Under the pieces are notes generated by a model, which saw only the letters and a list, made by a program, of their open reading frames with translations, had not been told where the DNA came from and did no database searches. A program made the position numbers and the translations under genes. From Thermoproteota archaeon (GTDB lineage Archaea > Asgardarchaeota > Njordarchaeia > Njordarchaeales > Panguiarchaeaceae), in assembly GCA_024720975.1 (NCBI GenBank), contig JANJXX010000003.1:68555-132554 (forward strand): a stretch of 64,000 bases of DNA, in the 5' to 3' direction. How positions within the stretch are numbered: position 1 is the first letter of the stretch; each line of letters opens with the position of its first letter. Positions 9,266 to 18,707 of the stretch are shown one piece after another.

Positions 9266-11062
9266 CTATACTAGAATGGCTAATAAACTCAGCAGTACTG
9301 ATAGGGCGAATGATAGTAGCATGTCTCTGATAAACACTTTAACATAGACGATAGATAGTCCCTTAATTGCTGCCGCATTGTTTCTACCTAAAACACGTAG
9401 ATTAATAACTTTTGCCTTGTTTGACACTTCTGCCTCAGTCAAATTTTCAATGGCCTTCCTAACGGTTTGTATTGTGCATTCCTTAAGGATTTCGCCCTTT
9501 TTCTCACCTAATATTGTGTACAGCTTATTTGCGTCCAACGCGCAGACTGTGTGCGTGTCTGTAGATAGTAGTTCTACCGACTCAGCTCCAAACTCCTCTC
9601 TTATTTTCTCTTTCATGTCTAAGTAGAACTTGGGATTTATATTGTTGGAGTCATAGGTAATGAGTATATGCAATTTTTGTCCTATTTTCATCGCAATTGC
9701 TACAATGCCGAGTCCTCCCAGACCATCTTTAGGCTTGACTTGTTCGCATTTACACTGATCCACCCCGATCATGAACTTCTTTGGTTCACAGACTTTAGTT
9801 ATAGCATTTCTAATGAGTTTTCCAAGCATGTGATACTCTTTACTATCAATGTCAAGCACTAAACCTTCCACTGGTTCGGATAGAGAATTATGGGCATCTA
9901 CCAGAAATACATTCTTTCCTGACATATGACCAAGTTCCATTGCAAAATAACCAAGTGACGTTTCTAAATCATCCGAATTCTGAGGAGCGTTAGAGGCTAG
10001 CAGATATGTTTGATTTCCGAGTGATAATTTAGTTACATGCAAGGATCCATTATTAAATATTTCAGGTTCACATATTTCATCGTACCAAAAATTCTCATCA
10101 AAGATGCACTTTATTTCCCGCTCGATTACATCCAAGAGCTTGAATTGCTCCGCCAGGGACGGTAAATTGGCATCATGTGAGGATGCACCCTTGAGAAACA
10201 AAGTGGGAATTTTTAGCCTATTCTTCATCTCTCTGAAGAGTATCTCCGGAAAATCCGATGAACCGGAGTTAAGCAAGGGTCCTGGGTGTATTTGAGCCCC
10301 AACGATTGCGAATAGTGGCTCTTTTCTATCTTTGGATCTGAAAGCTGTTATTGCCACTGGTATTTCGCGATCGATGCTCATTCTCTCTAGTATTTTCTCG
10401 AACTCATCACGTTTTCGATCAAGTTTAAGCATTAGGAATGCTCTTACGAGCTTCAGTGTGCCAATTTTATTTGTAGTCGGCCATATTTTTTCATTGGAGT
10501 AAATTATTGCAAGCGCGGTAAGTATTACCAGAGCGATTAAGAGTGTCACCTTTGCGAAAGGTGTAATAAAATTCAAAGTTGGGTTATACTGTGCTGTTAA
10601 ACAATTGGTGCTTCGGATTAATGATAAACTTATGATGGAGACATTCGAAAAGACAAAGAAGGCCGACTTCCAAATGCCCCAATTTACCAATCCTAGCACA
10701 ATATATAGCTCCAGGACTGATAGTATGCAGAGAAAGATTGGACAAAACCACGCACGCAACAGAGTTAAAATTAATATGAGGTTAAGGAAACCTAGTAGTA
10801 TATTAGAAATGGCAAGCGCTCTTCTACGATTTAGAGCTCTTACCTCTTGTGGTAGCTTTAATAATAGTAATGGCATGAAAACAGCTGCAACTGTTAGGAT
10901 ATAGACATCTATTGATGTGACATCTACCCTGTAAAGATTCCATAGAATTACAAAGTATATAGAGAACTGAGCCATTAGTGTGAGAAGAGGAGATTTAAGA
11001 CTAGGGAAAAGAAACATGAGGCGATACAAACGATTGATCTCTTTCATCTCATTTTCGCTCAA
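9266..11062 (-). CDS. Archaeal polytopic membrane protein with large C-terminal soluble domain (DUF2070-like, tentative)
   Basis: 598-aa ORF. The N-terminal ~200 aa are multi-TM. The C-terminal domain has His/Asp-rich motifs IHPGPLLNSGSSDFPE, GASSHDANLPS, LVDAHNSL and STDTHTVCAL, and there is a final C-terminal TM. The family name is from memory of size and architecture only. Confidence 0.6.
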   Translation of the reverse strand: MSENEMKEINRLYRLMFLFPSLKSPLLTLMAQFSIYFVILWNLYRVDVTSIDVYILTVAAVFMPLLLLKLPQEVRALNRRRALAISNILLGFLNLILILTLLRAWFCPIFLCILSVLELYIVLGLVNWGIWKSAFFVFSNVSIISLSLIRSTNCLTAQYNPTLNFITPFAKVTLLIALVILTALAIIYSNEKIWPTTNKIGTLKLVRAFLMLKLDRKRDEFEKILERMSIDREIPVAITAFRSKDRKEPLFAIVGAQIHPGPLLNSGSSDFPEILFREMKNRLKIPTLFLKGASSHDANLPSLAEQFKLLDVIEREIKCIFDENFWYDEICEPEIFNNGSLHVTKLSLGNQTYLLASNAPQNSDDLETSLGYFAMELGHMSGKNVFLVDAHNSLSEPVEGLVLDIDSKEYHMLGKLIRNAITKVCEPKKFMIGVDQCKCEQVKPKDGLGGLGIVAIAMKIGQKLHILITYDSNNINPKFYLDMKEKIREEFGAESVELLSTDTHTVCALDANKLYTILGEKKGEILKECTIQTVRKAIENLTEAEVSNKAKVINLRVLGRNNAAAIKGLSIVYVKVFIRDMLLSFALSVLLSLLAILV

Positions 11063-11142
11063 AGGAAGGCACCAACTGCTGAACTTGATAGTGTTATGAT
11101 AGATTCATTGGTGAAATTTTACCTCCACCCGGTTAATGGCTG

Positions 11143-11853
11143 CTAATAGTATTCATAATCTGAATAATCTTCAGACTCGTTGTATCCGTGCTCCACTATT
11201 GTGTATACTATAGCAGTTTTATACCCCAGCATACGACGCATAAATTTACTACGAAAGACTATTGCAAAAAGTATCCCGCCTATGATGCCACCAATGTGCG
11301 CATAGTGAGCGATAGTTGGAAATATGCCCACAATAGCAAACAATGTGAAGAGTGCCACTAGCATTGTGATCATTGCCCATGCGGGAAGAACAAGGAATGC
11401 GAAAAAGACAAACATGGCTATTCTTCTTTGAGGATAGAGAACAGCATAAGCCCCTAAAATTCCAAAGACTGCTCCTGATGCTCCAAGCGCTGGGATGTCT
11501 TTGTAGGGACATAAGAGGATGTGCATAAACGCACCAAGAAGCCCAGAGAGAAAGTACAGAAGTGCAAATGCCTTATGACCAAAATTGCGTTCACACTCTG
11601 GCCCAAACATATATAGAGCGTACATGTTAAAGAATATGTGAAGAAAATCAGCATGGAGAAACATGTGAGTTATTATAGTCCAAAGCATGGCACCGCGTAG
11701 AACTGCATTCGGACGCAGAGCGAAGTAATTGATCATAAGCGCTGGATTAATGAGTTCTAAAACGAAGATAACTAGGTTTGATATTATTATAGATTTAACC
11801 ACAATAGGATTGAAACGATAGGGTTCTAGTCCGTGTTCGTACCAGAAAACCAT
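11143..11853 (-). CDS. Rhomboid-family intramembrane serine protease
   Basis: HADFLHIFFNMYALYMFG (H..H..N motif), catalytic GASGAVFGILGAY (GxSG) and AHYAHIGGIIGG (catalytic His helix); 6-7 TM profile. Confidence 0.85.
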   Translation of the reverse strand: MVFWYEHGLEPYRFNPIVVKSIIISNLVIFVLELINPALMINYFALRPNAVLRGAMLWTIITHMFLHADFLHIFFNMYALYMFGPECERNFGHKAFALLYFLSGLLGAFMHILLCPYKDIPALGASGAVFGILGAYAVLYPQRRIAMFVFFAFLVLPAWAMITMLVALFTLFAIVGIFPTIAHYAHIGGIIGGILFAIVFRSKFMRRMLGYKTAIVYTIVEHGYNESEDYSDYEYY

Positions 11854-11904
11854 TTTCTATCTCCTTAGTACTAAGCCAATTCTACCTTATAAGATAGTAC
11901 TGAC

Positions 11905-13125
11905 CTAAATTTCTTCCCATTCATACAGCGTCGAAAGCCAAATGTAATCCTCAACACCTTTTATTTTATCAAGTTCACTGGCTATCAACCCGTATGCTTT
12001 ACCTAGTGTTCTAAGTTTCACTTGAACCACATAGTCATACTTTCCGGTAACTGCTGAAACTCTTATTACGCCTCTAATCTTAGATAGACTCTCCAGAATT
12101 CCTCGTGGCGATGCACCAGCTCTAATTCTTATTAATACAATAGCTCTAACCTCTGATAATGCAAGCAGTATTATTCCCATTGCAACCAAAACCGCCCCAA
12201 TAACCTTTATAATGAGGATCCATACATTTGTACTTATCTCTACAAAGTAACCTGGAGATAATAAATTGCTAAGAATTGTGATAGGAATACCGAGAATTGC
12301 AGACACGGATGATACTGCCTGTACTATACTAGCCTTTCCCATGCCGACGGCGCGAATATAAGTAACCTTAGCAAAGAAGGTTATCGTCATAGATACTACA
12401 ACTATAATTATCACCTCGTTTCCAATTTTAAACATTTCAAGTACATAACTCGGGTTCATTATGTATGTGACCACAAGAAACATCAAAGTTGTTAGCAATA
12501 GGTACCAGAGTCTAATATTTATCGAATCGTATCTTCTGGCATCCACAACAACTGAGCGAACTTTCCTCTGAGATAAAGCTACTATCGTTGTTCCTCCATT
12601 TACTAGTGTCAGAACTATTATGAGACCGAGGACATCAATATTTCCGCTTGGAGACATCGAAGCGAGGAGTGCTCCAAACAATATCGAGGAGATAGCATGT
12701 AATTCAGAAATCGTAGGCGAATCTTTTTCGGTGAATATTTCGCATAGGATAATATAAGCTACCGCAGCCTGCATAAAAGGCAATATTGCAGATGGATCAC
12801 TGAATGCATAAAGTACATAGAAGTAACCCAAAGAGGCGATGGTATTTCCAAAGGCCATTAAAACAATCTGCTTAAACGCTTTACCACTGATGAATTTAAT
12901 TCTAGTAAAATTGGGATCGACGTACTTACCTAATGGCTTCCCTTTAATTGGTACTAGGAGAAAGAAAACGATTAAAACACTTATGAGAGACCCAACGACA
13001 AAGGAGACGTTAGCGTAAATCCATATGTTTGGCGCAGTTTTCTCACCAATTATGTCCAGTGGAATAACAATTGCACTAAGCACACCAGAGAGAATTCCTA
13101 GCAGGTAAAAGATTTTTCTTTTCAT
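11905..13125 (-). CDS. DMT/EamA-type 10-TM transporter fused to a C-terminal Lrp/AsnC ligand-binding (RAM) domain
   Basis: Two EamA-like halves (FGNTIASLGYFYVLYAFSDPSAILPFMQAAVAYIILCEIFTEKDSPT..., FFAKVTYIRAVGMGKASIVQAVSSVSAILGIPITIL...). The last ~78 aa read AIVLIRIRAGASPRGILESLSKIRGVIRVSAVTGKYDYVVQVKLRTLGKAYGLIASELDKIKGVEDYIWLSTL. This matches the AsnC_trans_reg pattern (..V....vtG.yD.....). Confidence 0.7.
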   Translation of the reverse strand: MKRKIFYLLGILSGVLSAIVIPLDIIGEKTAPNIWIYANVSFVVGSLISVLIVFFLLVPIKGKPLGKYVDPNFTRIKFISGKAFKQIVLMAFGNTIASLGYFYVLYAFSDPSAILPFMQAAVAYIILCEIFTEKDSPTISELHAISSILFGALLASMSPSGNIDVLGLIIVLTLVNGGTTIVALSQRKVRSVVVDARRYDSINIRLWYLLLTTLMFLVVTYIMNPSYVLEMFKIGNEVIIIVVVSMTITFFAKVTYIRAVGMGKASIVQAVSSVSAILGIPITILSNLLSPGYFVEISTNVWILIIKVIGAVLVAMGIILLALSEVRAIVLIRIRAGASPRGILESLSKIRGVIRVSAVTGKYDYVVQVKLRTLGKAYGLIASELDKIKGVEDYIWLSTLYEWEEI

Positions 13126-13137
13126 AGTAACCCCAAG

Positions 13138-13389
13138 CTATTCGGTAATGACTTCCTTCTCCACTATATGTGTTGTAGTTCGCTCCACACCATCAATAGC
13201 ATGAATCTTCTCCGTAACTTCGAATAGTTCCTCGAGACTATTGCTATGAACTCTCACAATGACATCGTACTCTCCTGCCACCACGGAAATTGATTTTACA
13301 TGCTCGATTTTCTTAAGCTCATTGATAACGCTACGCATTTTGCCAACAGTGACGTTTATCATTACATAAGCTATAATCAAGAAAGACAC
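13138..13389 (-). CDS. Stand-alone Lrp/AsnC RAM-domain protein (no HTH)
   Basis: 83 aa: AYVMINVTVGKMRSVINELKKIEHVKSISVVAGEYDVIVRVHSNSLEELFEVTEKIHAIDGVERTTTHIV. This is the ferredoxin-like RAM pattern with the G.YD motif. It lies 12 nt upstream of the transporter-RAM fusion. Confidence 0.75.
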   Translation of the reverse strand: MSFLIIAYVMINVTVGKMRSVINELKKIEHVKSISVVAGEYDVIVRVHSNSLEELFEVTEKIHAIDGVERTTTHIVEKEVITE

Positions 13390-13439
13390 CCGGTCACTGA
13401 GTTGAATTTATAATACACCGGATTCATATAATCAATTGG

Positions 13440-14831
13440 CTAGACTGTGTATTTATAAAGAGCTAAATCATACACACTCTCGATAATAAACCCACCAGGA
13501 GGGGCTTCTATAGAACCAACAGGTGCCGTAATGTACCACACTATATAAGCTACATGAAAACCTCTCTGCTTGGCTAAATTGAGATACCTCTCGAAATCAT
13601 CATCCGGATGTGTTACTAGAACATTATGACTATTGAGCGGCACCCCAGCCGCATAGGCACACGAAGCTTCTGCATGATGAACTATTATAGCTGAACTCTC
13701 ATCAAGATATTCAAGTGCTTTTCTGAAGAGCTGTTTTGCTGCCTCTAACTGCCACGGGAATCCATTTCCACCAACCAAGGCCGGTGGAACTGTTTTACGG
13801 AAGGAGTCTCTTATAGGGTATATATAGAAAATTGCCGGGTAAATTGCTGAGATAGTGATGTTATACAGTATTAACAATTTATATATTCTTCGCCTGTCAT
13901 GCAAGCCATTGATAAGCATAAATATAAATGCAAGCAGTGGATACGCTGCGAGAAATGTTATTCTGTATGTAAATTCGAAGACGAATGCGGCTGTCAAGAT
14001 TGCAAAAATCCATGTTAGTAGTTTTCTATTTTCGGTATTCAGAATTAATGTGCGTGAAATTTCAGGTCTTTTGTGAAGGATCATTAAAATGATCGGTATG
14101 ACTGGTGCGTACAACCAAAGTATGTATAGTGGAAGCTCTGCTCTAGATACGTACCAGTAGGATTCAAAAATCTCCATCATAGGGAAATTCCATAAGATCA
14201 TCTTAGTCAAAATCACTATACTCGCTCCAATAAGCACTCCAGAAGCCGGTATAACAGCTCGCATTTTCCGCATTACTAATAATTCATAAAGGATGCCAGC
14301 CCCGATAAAAATGGCACTATAGGGATGACCTAATCCGGCAAGAATAGACAAAATGAAGGCATTAACATCTTTGCCTTCCTTGTAGAATGCTAACGCCAAT
14401 AGCGATAATGATATTCCAACAACATTTCTGTGAAGATCCCATAAGATCCTTAGAATTACAAAGAAGGTGTAAGTAAAGGCGACAAATCTCAAAACATGAT
14501 CCTCCTTTACCCCATATTTTATAGCCCAGTACGCCGTTGAGAACGTAAAAAATCCAGAAACAAGTACTGATCCTATCTTTATAGCTATCAGTACATTACC
14601 AATTGCACGATATAACAAGTAAAGGAAAATCGGGTAGAGGGGGGCATCGGAAGCATAGTCCCACATTTCACATACACACATAAGCACGTACCACGCACTA
14701 GGGTCATATCCTACTGGAAATTCACCGTTGCAAATTTCAATAATTGCTCTCAAGATTACCCCTAGTAGAAATGCTTTCAGCAAAATTTTGGATCGTTTAG
14801 AAATCGCCCACCGGACCCGTATGTTGACCAT
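13440..14831 (-). CDS. Polytopic membrane protein with ~120-aa C-terminal soluble domain (possibly a GT-C-like glycosyltransferase; speculative)
   Basis: 463-aa ORF with about 10-11 hydrophobic segments and no catalytic motif that I recognise. Confidence 0.55.
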   Translation of the reverse strand: MVNIRVRWAISKRSKILLKAFLLGVILRAIIEICNGEFPVGYDPSAWYVLMCVCEMWDYASDAPLYPIFLYLLYRAIGNVLIAIKIGSVLVSGFFTFSTAYWAIKYGVKEDHVLRFVAFTYTFFVILRILWDLHRNVVGISLSLLALAFYKEGKDVNAFILSILAGLGHPYSAIFIGAGILYELLVMRKMRAVIPASGVLIGASIVILTKMILWNFPMMEIFESYWYVSRAELPLYILWLYAPVIPIILMILHKRPEISRTLILNTENRKLLTWIFAILTAAFVFEFTYRITFLAAYPLLAFIFMLINGLHDRRRIYKLLILYNITISAIYPAIFYIYPIRDSFRKTVPPALVGGNGFPWQLEAAKQLFRKALEYLDESSAIIVHHAEASCAYAAGVPLNSHNVLVTHPDDDFERYLNLAKQRGFHVAYIVWYITAPVGSIEAPPGGFIIESVYDLALYKYTV

Positions 14832-15011
14832 ATAGAACCCCTAAAGAATAGCATTTATTCCCGCTATTAGTGGCTTCTATATCAATTATTCACTAACCTG
14901 CTTTTGGACACCCCATTCAGCAAACGAACTAAGTGTTGCAAGATTTTAAAATGGCTCTTTTTTATTATCTTTTTCTCCTTTAATATTACCACCATCAGTT
15001 GGTGAACATTA

Positions 15012-15563
15012 ATGAAAACCTTGAAAGACGAATCAGGTGACATCGAAAGTTTGATAACAACGCTTCAGGAGAAAATTCGCGATGAGGCTCGAAAATTTAT
15101 AATAGAGGACGCTATGATAAAGATTCTTAAATACATCAAACTACTCAAGAAAGACTTCAGAGTCTTACCGGGCCTTGGTCTAGTTATCGAGGAAAAGGCT
15201 CAAGATCTTACCGTACCAATACACATAATTTTCATACCTCCGGAATGGATAGAGATGAAGACCCTACTTGCAAGCGGTAAAGAACTACCATCTAATCTGG
15301 CGAATCAATGCCGAGTTTATGAAATCCTACTGAAATTAGCAAATGATTTTGCTGAACTAAGTTTTAGCATAGATAAAGAGGAAAACCTATATGCGCGACA
15401 AAATATACTCGTGGGGGCTTTATCATTTGATGCCTTCAAGGAAGAATACAATGCTCTTGTTCTATCGGCAGTGATATTCAGAAAAGAACTTCTTAAAAAA
15501 TTCAAAGCATGCGTAAGAAAGTATGAGGAGTTTAAAAAGACTTTTGAATCTGAGTTGACTTAA
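15012..15563 (+). CDS. Hypothetical protein, paralog A of a tandem pair (YbjN / secretion-chaperone-like pattern, tentative)
   Basis: 183 aa; GGTGA lies 6 nt before the ATG. Shares FRVLPG..., W-I-x-hydrophobic, LL+L(A/I)N..(F/Y)AE(L/V)(S/N)FSID.E.N and F..EYNA(L/V) with the next ORF. It has an extra N-terminal coiled-coil-like segment. Confidence 0.6.
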   Translation: MKTLKDESGDIESLITTLQEKIRDEARKFIIEDAMIKILKYIKLLKKDFRVLPGLGLVIEEKAQDLTVPIHIIFIPPEWIEMKTLLASGKELPSNLANQCRVYEILLKLANDFAELSFSIDKEENLYARQNILVGALSFDAFKEEYNALVLSAVIFRKELLKKFKACVRKYEEFKKTFESELT

Positions 15564-15571
15564 AGTAGAGG

Positions 15572-16030
15572 ATGAATATGCTAGCTGTCACTGGATTTGA
15601 GTCCTTCTTTATTGACAAGCTGGTGGAATATCTGTCCCTTATGAATAAAAATTTCGAAGTACTACCAGAAGGAATTAACGTGTATGAAAAAATAAACGGT
15701 AAGGAAGTAAGAATTCTGATTCTGTTGTCCAATAAATGGATAAGAATCTACGCAAGGCTGGGCAATCTGGTAGAATTTCCGGACGAAATAAAGGAAGAGC
15801 TCCTGGAAAGGCTGCTAAGAATTAATTGGGATTACGCAGAAGTAAATTTCAGCATTGATTCTGAAGGCAATATATGCTCAGTTCAAGACGAATACATTCA
15901 TGCCTTCTATTATGATGTCTTCGAGCAAGAGTATAATGCTGTGCTAGCATCTGTAAAACTGTTTGAAGCTACTAAAGAAGAGATACTCAGATCTATAAGT
16001 GCAAAAGCAACACGCGGAGAAAGATCCTAG
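15572..16030 (+). CDS. Hypothetical protein, paralog B of the tandem pair
   Basis: 152 aa, 8 nt after paralog A. Shared motifs: NFEVLPEG, KWIRIYARL, LLERLLRINWDYAEVNFSIDSEGN, FEQEYNAVLASV. Confidence 0.6.
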   Translation: MNMLAVTGFESFFIDKLVEYLSLMNKNFEVLPEGINVYEKINGKEVRILILLSNKWIRIYARLGNLVEFPDEIKEELLERLLRINWDYAEVNFSIDSEGNICSVQDEYIHAFYYDVFEQEYNAVLASVKLFEATKEEILRSISAKATRGERS

Positions 16031-16179
16031 GGCTAAAACTTGCTGAATCTCTTGACTAAATCCCTTTCTTTACCCTGTCACCACCACTTACAAGTCAATC
16101 CAGCCTCCTCATACACTCAAGCTTCACACTATATGTACTCAGAATATGCGTTGGCACTCACAATAATTTTAAGCCCTTC

Positions 16180-17691
16180 TTAGTGCACTTTGCTAGCTAT
16201 CTTCCATCGTATAATGTAATTAACGTACGATTCTTTTTTATTCACTAGACTTTTTCCGTCAAGACCTTTTTGTATAGGTATATCCAATAAAGCATATAGC
16301 GACGGAGCTATATCATATATCGAGATTACGCGATGGTTTGTTCGAGGTATGCTCTCAGATTTTGCTATTAGAACAGCATCGAAGTCATGATAATTGGTTA
16401 TCTTGCGAATTGCTGGTACTCCCATAAGGACTGGCGATGTTATATATCCCGCCTTAACGTTACCAAAGATACAAATATCAGGCGCCTTATTGACAAATGC
16501 ACCCCAGTAAATCTGATCCTTCTTTGCCACGAGTCCAAATACCCTTCTGTTGTACTTATCTCTTATTCCTGACAGCAGCCTTACTACGTAGTTAGTATAC
16601 TTATCCTTAGCTTCTATTTTGCTGTTGATGTTAATAAAGAATGCGGGTATGCTCAATGAAGCAAACGCTAGGGAGATGTTCGAATCTACAAAGAATCTTA
16701 CATTGCTTGATATAACTTTTTTGTAAATTTGCCTATGAATGTTGTTAGCTAGGGGAACTCTTTGAAGGCTATCGAATAATACTGCCAGAGTCTTTTCTAT
16801 GATGCCAGTCCTGCTAGGTTTATGCATCTGAAGCTTCTTTACGGGCGCTTTCTCAGATACTCTTCTAATTGTAAAGCCTCTCGCCAGGCCCAGTTTTCTT
16901 AGAATCGTGTTTACAAATACAACTTTGCTGTACGTTTTGAAACCGTGATCTGAAGCAATAATTATATCTAAGTTTCGTCTTATTGCTCTCCCTATCAATG
17001 AATCTACAAGGCTATCAAATTCATCCAGGACTTTTTTTATGAAATTTGGCACTTCATTTTTGCCGGTAATTACATGGTAGAAGCTATGCATTATCCAGTC
17101 TAAATCGCTTAAAACGATAAAGTAATTCTCCAGGAAATGAAACTCTAACAGTCCCTCCAGAACCCATTTTCTTATCTTTAGCTCTTTCTCTAAAATTTCG
17201 GCGAATTTCCGCCAACCAAGCACGCTTCTAAGTAGTGGGTTAAGATATACCCTCCTTTTTACGATATCCTCAATAAGGTTTCTTTTTTCGTGTTTGATTA
17301 AAACTTTACCATTTCCGGCTAACCAGTCTGGAACGCCAACGCCATATAACACTCTGAATGGGTACGATAAGGGAACATTATATACCACCACGGATCTTTT
17401 ATGCATCGATAGAATCTCAAATATGTAAGGAAACTTTACATCTAGACTACTACAAACTCTGGTGCTGCCTCCTTCTGCATTAAAGAAACCAAACACACCA
17501 TGCTTTCCAGGATTTACCCCGGTGAATATGGATGTCCAAGCAGGCACTGTTTGTGGAGGAAAGCAAGCTTTGGCGATTGCCTTAAAATATCTCTCTGCTA
17601 AAAAGCTTATCGAATTTAGATGCCCTTTATTGGAAAGTCGCCTCAAACACTCCAAGCTAAGTCCATCGATACCAAGAACAAAAACACCCAT
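16180..17691 (-). CDS. Alkaline-phosphatase superfamily protein (type I phosphodiesterase / nucleotide pyrophosphatase family)
   Basis: GIDGLSLECL, PQTVPAWTSIFTGVNPGKHGVFGF (nucleophile Thr motif), LSDLDWIMHSF, IIASDHGF. Confidence 0.7.
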   Translation of the reverse strand: MGVFVLGIDGLSLECLRRLSNKGHLNSISFLAERYFKAIAKACFPPQTVPAWTSIFTGVNPGKHGVFGFFNAEGGSTRVCSSLDVKFPYIFEILSMHKRSVVVYNVPLSYPFRVLYGVGVPDWLAGNGKVLIKHEKRNLIEDIVKRRVYLNPLLRSVLGWRKFAEILEKELKIRKWVLEGLLEFHFLENYFIVLSDLDWIMHSFYHVITGKNEVPNFIKKVLDEFDSLVDSLIGRAIRRNLDIIIASDHGFKTYSKVVFVNTILRKLGLARGFTIRRVSEKAPVKKLQMHKPSRTGIIEKTLAVLFDSLQRVPLANNIHRQIYKKVISSNVRFFVDSNISLAFASLSIPAFFININSKIEAKDKYTNYVVRLLSGIRDKYNRRVFGLVAKKDQIYWGAFVNKAPDICIFGNVKAGYITSPVLMGVPAIRKITNYHDFDAVLIAKSESIPRTNHRVISIYDIAPSLYALLDIPIQKGLDGKSLVNKKESYVNYIIRWKIASKVH

Positions 17692-17827
17692 ATTTCAAGC
17701 ACCAGATTAAGGTATTAATTAATTCTGGTGATACAAAGGTTTGGTTTCTGTGAATGCTTCTCAGCGCCGCATCTGACCAAAGAAGTTGACTTATGCAGTA
17801 TTGTATCTAAAAATAAAATGCTTTAAT

Positions 17828-18697
17828 TCAATATGCACTTAGCTCCCCTCGCTTTCTTACGCTATCATATGCAATACTAAAGATCTTTATGGATATCGGA
17901 TATCCAACCACAATGTAAATGACCATATACAAGATGTCTCTAATGATTCTTGAATGCAGCAGATTTGCGCCCCATATAAGCGAGTACCTTATTGCATCCA
18001 AAGAGAATGTTAGAGGTAATAGAAGAGAGACAAATCGAAGCTGCGTTGGTAGCAGCAAGACTGGAAAGAAAACTCCACTTAGGAGATTGTTTATCCATGT
18101 TATAAGCCATCCTATAGGATCCCCCTGCTTAAATCTTAAGACCATAGCAGCAGATATTATGCCTATAGGCAAATTCGCGAGCACTAGCAATATAACAAGA
18201 ATAGAAAGAGTCAGCATTGTCTCCAGATTTATCACGAGTGCAGCATTCAATGCCAGTCCAATCCCAATTATTAAGACAAGGAAAGCCGTAGAATATAGGA
18301 AGTAGTACAATACATCGCCTAAGAAAATTATGATGAAGCTTGTAGGAGTGGATAAGACACTTTCTAGCGTCCCATGAAATTGCTCAAATCTAAGCGTTAT
18401 AGAGAGACTTCGAAGACTAGCTGTAACGTAGTGTGATACGGCAATCCCAATTAGAGCAAATGTGAAATAACTTTGTCCATAACCTGCTTGACTTATACTC
18501 TCAGGCTTAACTATGAAGGCAAGAAGAAAATACGTTAATACCATGAAGAACGTATTAGCAAAATCAAAAACGATCCATATCTTATAGTTAAATCGTATCT
18601 TTGCCCTCCTGATCATAGCGATTATAACTTTATCCCAAGGTGATACACTACTAGATTCCTTAGATCCAATAACTTCAAGAACTTCCTCAACACGCAT
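17828..18697 (-). CDS. ABC-2 type exporter permease
   Basis: The track ORF extends to 18742. The internal ATG at 18697 (MRVEEVLEVIGSK...) parallels the N-terminus of the upstream paralog (MVLNVVSEVDEVLN...). It is preceded by AGGTG overlapping the upstream stop (TAGGTGCCCTCTAATG). 6-TM ABC-2 profile. Confidence 0.7.
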   Translation of the reverse strand: MRVEEVLEVIGSKESSSVSPWDKVIIAMIRRAKIRFNYKIWIVFDFANTFFMVLTYFLLAFIVKPESISQAGYGQSYFTFALIGIAVSHYVTASLRSLSITLRFEQFHGTLESVLSTPTSFIIIFLGDVLYYFLYSTAFLVLIIGIGLALNAALVINLETMLTLSILVILLVLANLPIGIISAAMVLRFKQGDPIGWLITWINNLLSGVFFPVLLLPTQLRFVSLLLPLTFSLDAIRYSLIWGANLLHSRIIRDILYMVIYIVVGYPISIKIFSIAYDSVRKRGELSAY

Positions 18698-18707
18698 TAG
18701 AGGGCAC

